63,753 nucleotides of DNA, filler included, from Rhabdomonas costata (GCA_019059605.1; 54 parts of 54 records of this genome joined end to end with filler, not necessarily neighbours in it); one strand, 5' to 3'; shown: positions 1-12,465, counted from the first letter of the whole stretch. Notes: generated from the letters alone by a model not told the origin. A program made the numbers and translations.

Positions 1-1083
1 GGTGTGTGTTTCCAGACTCGGTCCGCAGGAGGCAATGTTTATGTCCCGTGAAACTTGTGTTGAATTTCCGAAGCGGGAGGGAGTCATTGGACTCGAGGCT
101 GCCATCAAGGATCACCTTGGATGTCGCCATGTGGGAAACGTTTTGGGGCGAAACACTAACCGACTGTTCATTGCTCCAATTATTCTGATGGGTCCGATGC
201 ATTTTTCTGGGGGGTAAAGGATCTACAACGTTTTACGATAAGGTTCAAAACTGTGCTGGTAGGCTCGGCCACCAGAAAAACCCCTAATGTGGCGATTTTG
301 GGGTACATGACTACGAAAGCTCCCCCAGCAATTTCAGGCAAATTACTCGCTCAACTGCCCGCTCCGGCCGCGCAATGGGCTCGCCACCGCGGAGCTGGCC
401 TTCCTACTAAAATAACTCTGTCCCTTGTGTGTGGAATATACTGGGAACCGTTCATCGCCCTTCCTGGGCAAAAAAATTCACAAAATTCAACCTTTAAAAC
501 ACCAGCAATACCCAGGAAAGATACTCCAATACGAAACATCCTGACAAAGCTCGATTCGAAAAAGCCCCATCACATATAGTGAAAAATGGCTCTCTTAGCT
601 CCGTCGTAGCCAAGTCTCCTATTGTCCACTCTTGTATGAGTTTTACCCCTAAGTAATTTTTCTGGCATCCCCACCCACTTATGCGCGTAGTACTTGAGCG
701 CTGCTTCATTTTTTTTTGTCATTTTTGGCCATTTCAAGCAAAGAAAACCACGTTTTTGCCTTGATTTTGGCCCCCACCATTTGCCTCCAAGAAAGCCAAA
801 TTGTTCAGCAAAATTGGACCCTTTTGCTGAACAACGCATATCCGCCCCTTTTCCCCAAGTGGTCAATGTTGTTCGACAATGGGGCACTCAGTCTCTCATA
901 AAAACCAACATTGACCCTACCGGGGAGAGGGGGGCTCCAATAGGGGAATTATTGTCCGAAAAAAGAGCACTTTCAAATCGCCTTTGTCTCCTGATTTATG
1001 CACGGTTTTACAATATTAAACCGCATAACACACACACACACACCCAACCGCCCCAAAATGCATCCGACCAGACAACCACACAA

Positions 1084-1183
1084 NNNNNNNNNNNNNNNNN
1101 NNNNNNNNNNNNNNNNNNNNNNNNNNNTTAATTAATTAANNNNNNNNNNNNNNNNNNNNNNNNNNNNNNNNNNNNNNNNNNNN
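1084..1183. other. Artificial contig spacer (N-run + TTAATTAATTAA + N-run); first of 53 recurring about every 1183 nt up to 62572-62671
   Basis: Identical palindromic six-frame-stop linker between N-runs; contigs between linkers are nearly identical in length (~1.08 kb). Confidence 0.99.
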
Positions 1184-1995
1184 TGGTGGGGTGTTGGGGA
1201 TAGGCTCGTGGATGCTGTTCCAGCCCACCCGGGCGGTGGTGTCCTTGGGATCCACCACGGTCTCGACGAAGCCCCCGGAGGAAAGTATCGCTGTGGAAAA
1301 ACGTGCTCTCTTTTTTGCTGTTGTTTCCCGGACTGTGGCAGAGATAGGCTCGCACGGAATTTTCTCTTATTCAAGATGCTCTTTCTTTTCTGAGCGGAGT
1401 GTGGGACTGGGTGTAAAATACAGCAGTGTTAGCTGGGCTTGACATTATTGAATGCAAAGCTACGAAATTAGCTTGTGGACTTCGGTCGCACGGGAATCCC
1501 TCACAAATGTTTTTTACCTTCATTGCCACGACAACTCTCCACACCGCCCGGGCCGACATCCCCGCTCCGGCCGCGCAGCCCCTCAAAATGCAAACAAAGG
1601 ATAAACCCACAATCATATCTAAGCCTTCCCTTGAGGAGCAAAAAGAAACTCAGGTTGTCTCACCAGCATCTCTGGGGAACGACTGGTGGACACAGAACGG
1701 CAACAGGAGGATGGGGACAGGTAGACCCCTTGATACTGCATTAAAAACATGCCCGTAAAAAAGGATCGGCGCGAGTAAAGTGATGTCATGGTTCAACGGG
1801 TGGGGGAATGGGGCGTATCTGGATCACGTTAACCCCGTTAAAGAATGCAGGTTTGTGAGCACGCGGGAACACTTGCCATGTGCTATTTAGGTTGTTTCCG
1901 TTTCCTTGAAGAAATCATTGGAGTTAATTCTGGCTTGCACAGTGGCAGTGGGAAGGACACAACCGCCACAAAGGAAGATTAGGGGTGAGGCAAAC

Positions 1996-2130
1996 CTATC
2001 TTCTTGGTGTCCGGGAACTGCTTCATGAGCTGAGGCAGAAGGGAGCGGGTGAGGATGCGGTACTGGTCGGGCAGCCTCCACAGCTGCAGCTCATACTGGG
2101 CCACCTCCTTGAACTGAAGAACAGCCAGCT
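1996..2130 (-). CDS. Internal exon of unknown protein
   Basis: CACAG acceptor and GTTTGC donor; 135 nt, symmetric phase; open and GC3-rich (LAVLQFKEVAQYELQLWRLPDQYRILTRSLLPQLMKQFPDTKKI). Confidence 0.55.
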
Positions 2131-3756
2131 CTGTGACCCCAAAGATTGCGTTAGGGGTGAATTCGGGGCGGGATTCGCATGCTCCGACCTTCTACCCCTC
2201 CCTGTCATCGAATAGAACCTAAGTACTTCGTCAAGTCGAACAGAATTTGCTCTTGCCACCCCCCCCNNNNNNNNNNNNNNNNNNNNNNNNNNNNNNNNNN
2301 NNNNNNNNNNTTAATTAATTAANNNNNNNNNNNNNNNNNNNNNNNNNNNNNNNNNNNNNNNNNNNNCCACCACAGTCGCAACACTGTTCTGTCGTTCCCT
2401 TCTAGGGCTGTATCTTGTTTCGAATGTGTGCTTTGGGGGGGGGGGCCTGCTGTACCCCGCCTGCCGCTTTGGGGGGCGAGCGGTGTTTTTCATTTTGAGA
2501 GCCGTCGTGCTAAAATACATATCCTGTGCAAAGTTCACTAAAGGCGCGGTACTGAGCGACCGGCCCGAGTTAGGCGGAGTGGGAACCCAAGTGAGCGAGG
2601 GCAGTGCTGGATGGCGATGTGGATGCTAGTGTGCAGAGCAGAGCATCCGTATTCGTACTGTCTCAGGCACGGTCAGGCCATCATAGGTAGACCGCTGCAA
2701 TGGGCGGCTAACTGTGTTTCTTTTGGTAAACGTGTGATTTTGGGAATCTCTTTTACTGAAACAGACCTGCAGTCCACAGGCAGCAGGTAGGTTTGTACCA
2801 CCTTCCCGTTACTTTTTCTTTTGCATTGGATGTCGCGCAAATTGTATCTGTGCTTGTAGTATGCTTATCGAACGCCTGTGCTTGTGGGGCAGCGGTGGCC
2901 TGGAGCATTTCCTCGCTAAGACTTGTGTACTTTTGGCTTTGCCGTGCAGTTTTGGTCCGCTGTTGTTCCGATTGAGCTTTCACCATATCGGAGCCTTTTC
3001 GCCGATGTGATGTACACTTTGAGGGAAACATTCAGACATATCTATGATCGCTGCTGTTTTTTTTTGGGTGGGGGGGCGTGAAACTTCTAGCGGACTACGT
3101 TCCACTACGTTCCATTACGTTCCGTTCCGTTGGGTGGTTGATGCACTTTTGAACGCAGCCAAACGTGCAGTGCCAAACGACCAAACCGATTGTGGCTCCT
3201 GCCGCCAAAACTTAGCCAGCGTATTCTTATAACCTTCTTCTGGATTTTGTTTGGACTTCTTCGTCAACTGCCTGGCCATCTTCCTCGCCTCTTCACTGAG
3301 TGCTCCCCCCTTTGTCGCCCTCCTCGAATGCTCCACGTGTATCCAATCGCTTCTTTGCAGATTGCCCGATTCGCGTTATACACGTCCCGGCGTCTAAATT
3401 TAGGGAGGGGGGACCACTCAGTGAAGAGGCGAGGAAGATGGCCAGGCAGNNNNNNNNNNNNNNNNNNNNNNNNNNNNNNNNNNNNNNNNNNNNTTAATTA
3501 ATTAANNNNNNNNNNNNNNNNNNNNNNNNNNNNNNNNNNNNNNNNNNNNCCACCTTCGCATGCGCAGTGCAGCGGGGGGGGGGCAACCCAAACCTTAACC
3601 TTGACCTGTTGCAGAGTCTGTGACACGACAAAAAACTCTGAGTCATGAAAAAGTGCTCTCGCGAAAAAAAAATATGCAACATGTTAGGTGTTGGACAAAC
3701 TTGTTGGCACAAGCCTGCAAATACGCTCAGGTTGAACCTCCATGAAAGCAGCCTAC

Positions 3757-4235
3757 CTTCATGATGGTGTGGTTCTGGTAGTCCTTCGGGGTGGTGGTCC
3801 ACTTGTCATAGGTCTGCACCGCCCAAAAGCTGAGATGGCTATATGCGTAGAACTTCCCCACGCACCGGATGAACCCCGCCTCGCTCAACGGCATGGTGAC
3901 GGGCTGCACCCCGCCGTGGGTGATCTCCTTGGCAACCTTTGGAGAGCAACGAAAAAATCCCGCTCTTCGCACGCAAGCTGGAGAAATCACTTTCCTGCTT
4001 GGGCAGTGCTTGAGTCCTTGGGGTGTGAAAAAATGCCACAATCGTGAACTGACAAAAGTGTCAAAAGTTGCCACATGGCTGGCGGGGGCTGATGCTAGAG
4101 TAACTCACACGAAGAACAAGCCTGGATCATCAGGTTGGCCAAGCTGAATAAGGCGTCGAGCTGCGAGGCAAAGGTGATGTCCAGCTCGTTCCCAATGAAC
4201 CACCCAAAGATCGCCGGATGTCTCCAGTACTGGTC
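3757..4235 (-). CDS. Clan GH-A glycoside hydrolase fragment (GH2/GH5/GH72-like); exons 4235-4122 and 3936-3757
   Basis: Spliced translation DQYWRHPAIFGWFIGNELDITFASQLDALFSLANLMIQ|VAKEITHGGVQPVTMPLSEAGF...; HPAIxGWxIGNE is the acid/base NE motif of GH-A TIM barrels. Confidence 0.7.
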
Positions 4236-7200
4236 CTGCGCGCAAAATGAAAAAGACAGGTGGGTGCCGCCAATGCACGTATGGGGTTCGTTGGACTTAT
4301 TTATTTTGCATGAGGGGCATTAGGTCTTGGGGAGGTTGATGCCGCACACGACCAGGAAATTTCTTGCTTTTACAACCCGTTGCCGCCCCCCCCCCCCTTC
4401 CCCAACGAAGTGGTTGTTTTCGCTGTAACAAAAGAAGTGCGTTTTGTCTGGATCTGTCACCTCCATCTGGGGTCCAGCCTGTGTCACACACAAGCGCCCG
4501 CACGAGCGCCCCTCAATTTTCTGTGGTGGTTGCTCTTTCGTCTCACCGGAAACACAGAGCAAAAGGGGACGTCTTCAGTAGAAACAAAACCTGCACATGA
4601 CCCTCACACCCATCTTGAGAGAGTGAGAGGGANNNNNNNNNNNNNNNNNNNNNNNNNNNNNNNNNNNNNNNNNNNNTTAATTAATTAANNNNNNNNNNNN
4701 NNNNNNNNNNNNNNNNNNNNNNNNNNNNNNNNTTTGGGTGGCATGTCGGATTTATCTCATATCTCTCTCGGGATGAGTGTTTCAAGGCTTGTTGATTTGG
4801 CTAACGGGCAGCAGGTCCAACCATGCGATCGGGGTTCCGGAACAGTTTTTTTTACAAAATAAAATCCATTTTTGGACTGCTCTATGCTGTGATGCCAGTA
4901 AAAAATCTTTACTCGTGCACAAAAAGAAAACTTTTACTTTTGTATTTGTACAATTTGTAGGCATTTTTTGAATAAAACTTGAAAGATGAAGGGCGCATGC
5001 GGGACTTTCCATTTTGAGCGGCAGGATACTCTTCTCCCCCTAGTTAGTTATGTATGGGGAGAAGTTTTGCTCTTCCCTTCTTGTTGCACACAACACATAA
5101 CAACCTCATGTGATACCAGTTACACGTATGGGCAATAGGTGAGGGATTGCCTTTTCTTCCATTTTAACACACGTTTTGCTGGGGTGTTGGAAGGCAGGGG
5201 CTGAAATACAGAAAAATGTGCCGGGAGGGGGGGGGTGATGGGCAGGCCAGGCATTCCGAAAGTTTACATGCATTGAGCCTCTGATCGGCCCAATAGCGCT
5301 TACACCTTAAATAAGGCAACCGTCAACCAACAACAACGTTAACGATGCTACAACAATCCCATAACAATGTTAACAATGCTCTGTCCCCCAAAATCCAACA
5401 CAGGACTCCTCGCACACTAACAAGCTGTGCGTAGGCGACAACTCGCATGCAGCCCAACTTATCATTCTTGGTTTAAGATCCTCTTCATCGTTCTGGACGG
5501 GGACTGAGAGGATCCCTCACCATGGACCACATGACGCCACACGCCAAAAGTTGTAGCCTTTGAGCCTTTGATGTGATAATGATCGAGGTCTTGTTGCGGG
5601 GGAAAGAACAATTTCCCTTCCATCAAAAAAGTCAGCAGGTGTTGCTCCTTTCATCACAAGCCCCCTCCCCGCTCCCGTTCCCAACCTCATCCCAACAAAA
5701 CCTTGGATTTGGACGGCAAGCCCGGCCTTGGACCCGGAGGGTTGTGCCACGGGCTGCAAAGGTCTCAGTGGCATTGGCGGGGACATCAGAGTGGGCCCAC
5801 CCCCGGCTCCCCCGGNNNNNNNNNNNNNNNNNNNNNNNNNNNNNNNNNNNNNNNNNNNNTTAATTAATTAANNNNNNNNNNNNNNNNNNNNNNNNNNNNN
5901 NNNNNNNNNNNNNNNGTGTTGGGTGTGTGTGGTTGTTGTGGGACGTTGCGGTTCACGGAATCGCGTTGATTGGTAATGTATGTCTGTCTGGTCCGTTTCC
6001 TGCAGTAACTTTATATTTTCTTTCCACACTCAGGCATTAAGATCTCTTGGGATGCATGCGCGTTCCGTGCGTGGGGATTGAATAACCAATGGCACAATAA
6101 CCAATGACATCCCCCTTTACTCCTAAAATCACCCTTTGCAGGATGCATTCAAAAAGGCTTGTCGGCAGATGACAAATACCGCAGGGCCTGCAGCAGAGAG
6201 CTTTCGGCAAGCTCCCCGTTGGGGGCACTCTCGCGGAAGACAGCCGCGAGCATGCCTTCATCAAGGGGGCGCCGCCCTGGCGACGCTGGCAGAAGGCTCC
6301 TCATTGTCGGGGACGAAGCAAGGCTTTTCGCCATTATGCTCAGAAGGTGGTGAGAAGAGCAAGAGGCTAAACTGCCATAAGCGTGAGCGTAAGCTTGATT
6401 TCCAAAAAGAAAAAATTGACAAAGGAAATCACCTCCGGAACTGGGTGATCACAACAGATGTCGACATTGCCAAAAAGAGGTTTTGGTTGAGCATACAAAG
6501 TTTTCCGAAAAGTAGGGAGGCATGAATCCACGCGAGGGTCGACGGTTGAGGGTGGAGGCAGGAACGGAAGAATACTGCGCATGAGTGAGAAATAACGGGA
6601 GAGAGAATGACTGGGGGAGGTATCTCAGTGTAAGCAGAGCAGCAAAAAAAAAAAAGGAGCCTCCGAGAGGCACACCCACCGGCCGAGGATGTGAGGACGG
6701 GTTACACAACGTTTCGGAGGTCTTTTTGTCACAATAAGACCCCAGCCCTGCTTTGGCTTTGCCCTCTTTGGAAAAGAACAAACTGTTCAATATAACAACA
6801 TTTTCGGGCTCAAGAGCGAAAAGGGGGAGAATGAAAATTAACCTGAAATGGGATATCGGCTCTCCAGTTCGCCGGGGTAACTTGTTGTTTCACATGATTT
6901 TTGATGGAACATTGAAAATCGCTTTTAATGTGAGGCGGGTCATAAAATCTTGAAATCAAACCCGAAAAAATGAGACTGTGATCACGGCCCCCCCAAAANN
7001 NNNNNNNNNNNNNNNNNNNNNNNNNNNNNNNNNNNNNNNNNNTTAATTAATTAANNNNNNNNNNNNNNNNNNNNNNNNNNNNNNNNNNNNNNNNNNNNGA
7101 AGTGTAGGGGGGCAGATGAAGCTTTCTTACCCAGTTTCCAGCTCAACTGGCTTCAGTGGGTGGCAACTGGCACAGCATACGCAAAGCTGCACCGTGGAGT

Positions 7201-7636
7201 GAAGTGCTCAGCACTTGTTTATAAACTTTCGCGCACGGCCGTGAAGCGCGGGGTGACAAGCGGAAGCCGTGCCAGGGCAGAAATACTTCAGTTTCGTCGT
7301 TCGGCCTGAAACCACCTTCCACAGGGCAAAGAGCAAAAAGAAACAGGAGGCGAGAAGGGAAACACGAAAGGTCGGTTTGATGACGGCAAGAAGCACCGTG
7401 AGAGAAGAAGGATGGTCGACACCCCCGCCGACACTCGCCCCTCGCCCTGTTGGGGGGGGGGGCTACGCTCAATCTGCTTAATTTTCTCTTTAGTTAGTTA
7501 GTTAGTAGTAGAGTTGGCTTTCTTTTTCTTCTTTGAACGCAAAAGCCGTGAGGCTTTTTCCGATGAACTTGGAATAGCACTGGTGGAGTCTCTCCTCATT
7601 TATCAAGCCTCCTCCTGAATCCGTTTTCTCTCTACA

Positions 7637-7760
7637 ATGGAAAAGCAGTTGGCTGTGGCGACGGGGTTGGGAGTAGGTTTGGCCACGCTGCTCCTCTACA
7701 GATTTCTGAGAGGAGGCAGTGAGGAAAGCCTGAAAGGCAAGGTGGTGGTCATCACAGGAG
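7637..7760 (+). CDS. First exon of a membrane-anchored short-chain dehydrogenase/reductase
   Basis: MEKQLAVATGLGVGLATLLLYRFLRGGSEESLKGKVVVITGG: hydrophobic anchor followed by the start of the Rossmann TGxxxG motif; GT donor at 7761. Confidence 0.8.
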
Positions 7761-8556
7761 GTTCGCAGATCTCTGGGTATCGCTCTTCCCTCTTGAATGT
7801 TTATTTTCAGCTGTTGTCTTTCAAACAAAAGAACTTTGAAATCATTTGCATTTTGAACTGATTGAGTTGGGGTAACGGTGACAACATGTTCTTTGCAAAC
7901 GAGTGAGGTAGGAAGCGAAGAAAAGCAGTTTGCATCTCATCAACAGTGGGAAGCAGGGGGGCGGAAAGGGATCAGTGCAAAAAAAAAGTACAAGGGATCT
8001 GATGGAGAGGGTGGTGCAAAGGAACAAAAGGCAGGAGGCAACAGAAGTGGGGGTGAAATTTTGCGAAGCAACAACAAACTTTGGTTGGTCGACCATTAAG
8101 TTGACCACACAAACCTGACAAAAACCAGTTTGGAACGCTGTTGCAGCCCAAAATATAAACAATATCCTGCGACACAAAAAANNNNNNNNNNNNNNNNNNN
8201 NNNNNNNNNNNNNNNNNNNNNNNNNTTAATTAATTAANNNNNNNNNNNNNNNNNNNNNNNNNNNNNNNNNNNNNNNNNNNNGTTGGTGGGTGATGCAACA
8301 TGTGTGGGACTTCTTGGGGAAGCTGGGATCTTGGGCCGCGGAGCTCCCCGGCCTAATGTTGTATTATTCGTACCACTACCTCAGTTGCCTTCTCTAAAGC
8401 TGGGCGGTGTTCACTTGTCATCGTGTTTTTATGATTGGCTTTACCTGCCATCGTTATGCCGGCGATTCGCCCGGACCAATGCTAGTGTGTCTTTGGAATC
8501 TTTCCACTGGGTTACCGGGTTGCTATGGCGCATGAGGGGTTTTTTGCGCGGTGCAG

Positions 8557-9364
8557 CCCTGGGTCTGGACAAGCACCCCCACGAGGATCTTGGCGAGCAG
8601 CTGGCGCGGCTGGGGTTCAGCTTTCACGGAGAGGAGGCGATGTACAGCGGAGAGACTGGGGAGGAGCTGCACGCGCGGATCTACCTCGGGGTGTGCGCCT
8701 ACCAAAGGCTGCGCCACATGGTTATGGACAAGTGGCAGGTATGTGCCCCCCCAAAAAAAAACTGACGCCCGACATCCACCTCTCCCACGCACTCATTTCC
8801 CTCTCACGCCTCCCTTGCGCTTCTCGTTTGGATTACCACCCAGGATCGTCTGCAGACGTTATGGTGTATGGTTTTCATCTGGGCCTTCCGTCTTGTAAGT
8901 ATCGTCTTGTAATGTGCTTTGGCCGAAAAAAAAAGTCTCCTTAGGGTGTAAGTAGGGTTAGGGTGTTGCTCGGAGGGCCAATTTTCGCATCCAGCTATGC
9001 TTTTTTCGGCAGGATTGCCCTCACCACGTGTCAGCAAGTGTCCGTGTACGCCTGAATAAAGTTCGAGCCTTGCGCATCCTCGAGGGGATTCGTGGCACTT
9101 GAAATGCAGCAAAAGGAAGTCCCGTGAACTGTATGGAAGATCAGTTCTTCCTGTCATACAATGTGATGGAGTGGACGGGTCACAAGGGACCTTCCTCGGG
9201 CCGGAAGAAGCCTGGAATAAACCTTCGATCTGCGTTTCGTTCTGATCTATTGTATAACGCGCGGTGTTTTCAGGTTCGTGAGCGGGATGGCCCGGTGAAT
9301 GTGCTGACGAACCAGGCTGTGAAGGGGCGCAAGCGGCACGGCGGGACCAAGGTGGGCGAGATGG
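8557..9364 (+). CDS. RPA2: RNA polymerase I second-largest subunit fragment; exons 8557-8738 and 9274-contig end; GT-AG intron 8739-9273
   Basis: GEEAMYSGETGEELHARIYLGVCAYQRLRHMVMDKWQ|VRERDGPVNVLTNQAVKGRKRHGGTKVGEM; QRLRHMVxDKxQVR and KGRKRxGG are Pol I-type variants of the conserved region. Confidence 0.9.
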
Positions 9365-9799
9365 NNNNNNNNNNNNNNNNNNNNNNNNNNNNNNNNNNNN
9401 NNNNNNNNTTAATTAATTAANNNNNNNNNNNNNNNNNNNNNNNNNNNNNNNNNNNNNNNNNNNNAAGCACTCACACAAAACTGGTAGGACACCCAATCGA
9501 GCGACTGTCATTTTCTTAAACCAATGTCCAAGGCGTTTGTCACGGTGTGTGATTGACAGAAAATTGTTACTCGTTTTTCAAAGATGCTTGGGTTGAATGT
9601 AAAGAAAATTGGAGGCACTGTTGGAGGGCTTTTGAACAGCGAAAGGCACAGCACAAGAGTGGAGCGAGGGTGTCCCAAAAAAAACACACGAAGGTGGAGA
9701 AAGGGGAACATGGTAGAAACGATGAAGCCCCCGCGAGCTTGGTGGGAATGTTGTGGCTGGGGATGCGGATGCGGATGAACACGAGAATTTGAAGCACAG

Positions 9800-10051
9800 A
9801 ATACCAACAACGGGCTGTACCACCAGGCCTTCGCCCCTGTAGTGCATTCCTCTTCGAGAGATGGCACGCCGTCGATATCCGGGCGGGTGACAAGGTATGG
9901 ATTTGGTTCACCAAGGAGCTGACGGTTGCTTCAGGGGATTCGGACACGGAAGCGTATGATGCTGTGTTGGACGTTGACCGCACCCCCGACACAGCCCTCA
10001 CAACGTCCCCTCCTTTGCGGGAAGCGCGCACTTGGGGAACAGCGGAGGACC
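9800..10051 (+). CDS. Possible internal exon of unknown protein
   Basis: CACAG acceptor and GT donor bound an open frame (YQQRAVPPGLRPCSAFLFERWHAVDIRAGDKVWIWFTKELTV...); family not recognised. Confidence 0.35.
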
Positions 10052-10648
10052 GGTGGGGAAGTGGACCTCGGGTCCTCCCCATCTTTGCCAAGTGCACCGT
10101 GTGTGTGTGTGTGTGGATGGGCACGGCGCACACCCTCACCCCAATGCCCGTCGTGTCGTCCAGCACGAACAGCAGCACGTGAACGCGCCAAAAAACCAAT
10201 ACGTTTCAGAACAAGTAGCACAAGGACACGCCACAGCACACCGCGCCAGGTTGTGTCTGTGGCCCGTCGAACAGTTTCCACAATGCAAAGGGAGAGAACT
10301 TCCACGTCCGGCCGCCCCAGCCGAAGGACAAAGGGCGGGGATTGAATATTGCAAGCAAGGGGCGAGCACGAAAACCTCGAGCGAATAGCAAAAGGCACCG
10401 CAGTGAAAGAGGTCAAGGCAGGACTGAAGATGGATTGGGAAACGTTGCTGCAACACCTCTACGTCAGCAAGAGCCAGCACAAGGATCAAGGTTGCGTTTT
10501 GACAGGGCACTGAGGACCGCCCGTCCACGCAGAAAGGCAAAAACAACCNNNNNNNNNNNNNNNNNNNNNNNNNNNNNNNNNNNNNNNNNNNNTTAATTAA
10601 TTAANNNNNNNNNNNNNNNNNNNNNNNNNNNNNNNNNNNNNNNNNNNN

Positions 10649-10960
10649 TGCGGCCTTGCTGGAGCACCGGATCGTGAGGCTCAGAGTTATGACATGCCCC
10701 CCTCCCTTTTTGGAGTCTCTGTGGGTTTTGAAAAAGCTCGCGGGTTTGTACAGAAGAACGTCGTGTAATTGTGCGCGGAGCTTCCGACCCGGGGTCAGGG
10801 CACGGGCGACTGCATCCACAGCAAAGTCAAGGTCAGGCCACAGAACCTTTACCCGAGCTTTAGCCAAGTTCACCCTTCGGACATCCCGCACGCTGCGATC
10901 CATCACAGTCTTCTCCCCCTTCCCACACGATGCAGGCTGAGCAAACGCTCTCAGGACGTT
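10649..10960 (-). CDS. 2OG-Fe(II) oxygenase superfamily fragment (partial, possibly decayed)
   Basis: PASCGKGEKTVMDRSVR...LRAQLHDVLLYKPASFFKTHRDSKKGGGHVITL resembles the GxGxxTVxDxSVR...LLYxxGxFFxxHxD pattern, with HxD iron ligands. Confidence 0.7.
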
Positions 10961-12222
10961 CATTCCGGCGGGCTTCCCACTGCCTTGGTGGACGATCTGC
11001 GGCAAAGCTCCGGGTGGGCTTTGTCCCGAAAAGAAAGGAGGGTCGGGGATCTCAGCCACTGCGCGGCCTAGCTGCATACAAAATGCTTTCTGGCAATTCC
11101 TGTCCAACTTGAAGCTCGGCTTCGGGCAGGGGGCAAGGCAGAAGCACTGCAAGCATTCAATGGCTGGGGGGATGCCACAGATAATCGATCCACATCTCCC
11201 ACACCTGGGTGCATTTAGACCTTCCATTGCACGAAAGGACCCAAACAAAGCCGCCGATTCATACGGATACAGTTCCCAAAAAATAATCGATCCTTTAAAT
11301 TAAGAATCAAGAGAGGGTATATGTGGAGGAAAGGGAGGTGGAAAACGAAGGTGGAAAAGCTGTGGCCAACAACAACATAGTGTTTCGTTAGAAGTTAGGA
11401 AATCTCTTCAAATCAGGAAGGACAGTGCCATCTGAAATCTGGCCTTAAATAAATCGCCTCATACCTCATAAATACTCGCAAACACACACCACTGAAAACA
11501 AGCAAGATGTGATAGTTCGACGAGGTACCTGACACTCTCAATTCAGCAACGCTCAAGATAACTATCTTTGGATTTCTTCCATCTCATTCCTCTCCCTCCG
11601 TCGTGGAAACCAATGGTGGACCAACTGATGTCCGGTACACATTTTCATACACATCCAAAGACAGCGTACAGCGTACACACACAGAGAAAAGGGCCGCCTC
11701 GCACAGCTGATGGGCATTCGGCCCACAACAANNNNNNNNNNNNNNNNNNNNNNNNNNNNNNNNNNNNNNNNNNNNTTAATTAATTAANNNNNNNNNNNNN
11801 NNNNNNNNNNNNNNNNNNNNNNNNNNNNNNNGGTTGTGGGGGGTAGTGTACTCCATTCCTTGGCTAGCCGCAGACCCGGGCTTCACCCGCACGTTCCGTT
11901 AAGGCCTACGCCTATTTATCTGTATCAGTCGAAAGGCCATACAGCGCCATCTACATAATTTGGGCGGCGTTTCAGCAGGTACCCTAGACAAATGTATCTG
12001 CCCCGTCCATTTTGGATGAGAGTCTTCGATGCAGTTGGTTAGGTGACTGCATCCCGCTGCATCGTTCATCATGGGGAAGCTCGTTCCCCAACCCAAACTT
12101 CTCAACATATGATATTCAGCGGTTGGAGGAATGTTCGCTTCTCACTTAATAATATGCTCACAATACGCGGTCCGCTCTGTATCAACGCCGACGTGCTTCT
12201 CCTTCTTTGCCTCCAAAAAAAG

Positions 12223-12465
12223 GGCGAACTACTTGCAGACGTTTTGGAAGAGCTGGCCGCGGAGCACCTTCGCTGCAGGATTATTGAAGATGCCCAACGA
12301 CTTACCCAACTCCACGGGCTGCCGGTGTATCTGAGGAGCCTCAGCCCTACCACCGAAGGCACGTCGGACTCGCCGACGGCGGCACAGGTGAGCAAGACGA
12401 AGGTCCAGGTGGGCCTCAGCGCCCTGGCATTGTGGTTCGAGCACCCGTACCCGCCCAACAAACCG
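12223..12465 (+). CDS. Internal exon of unknown protein
   Basis: AAG acceptor after a pyrimidine tract; GTGCGT donor; 81 GC3-rich codons (GELLADVLEELAAEHLRCRIIEDAQRL...ALWFEHPYPPNKP). Confidence 0.6.

Noticed and set aside
1128-1139. Regularly spaced TTAATTAATTAA as a CRISPR-like or periodic genomic repeat
   Set aside because: It is embedded in N-runs and is an artificial six-frame-stop linker; ORFs ending in XXX-LIN are artefacts of it.
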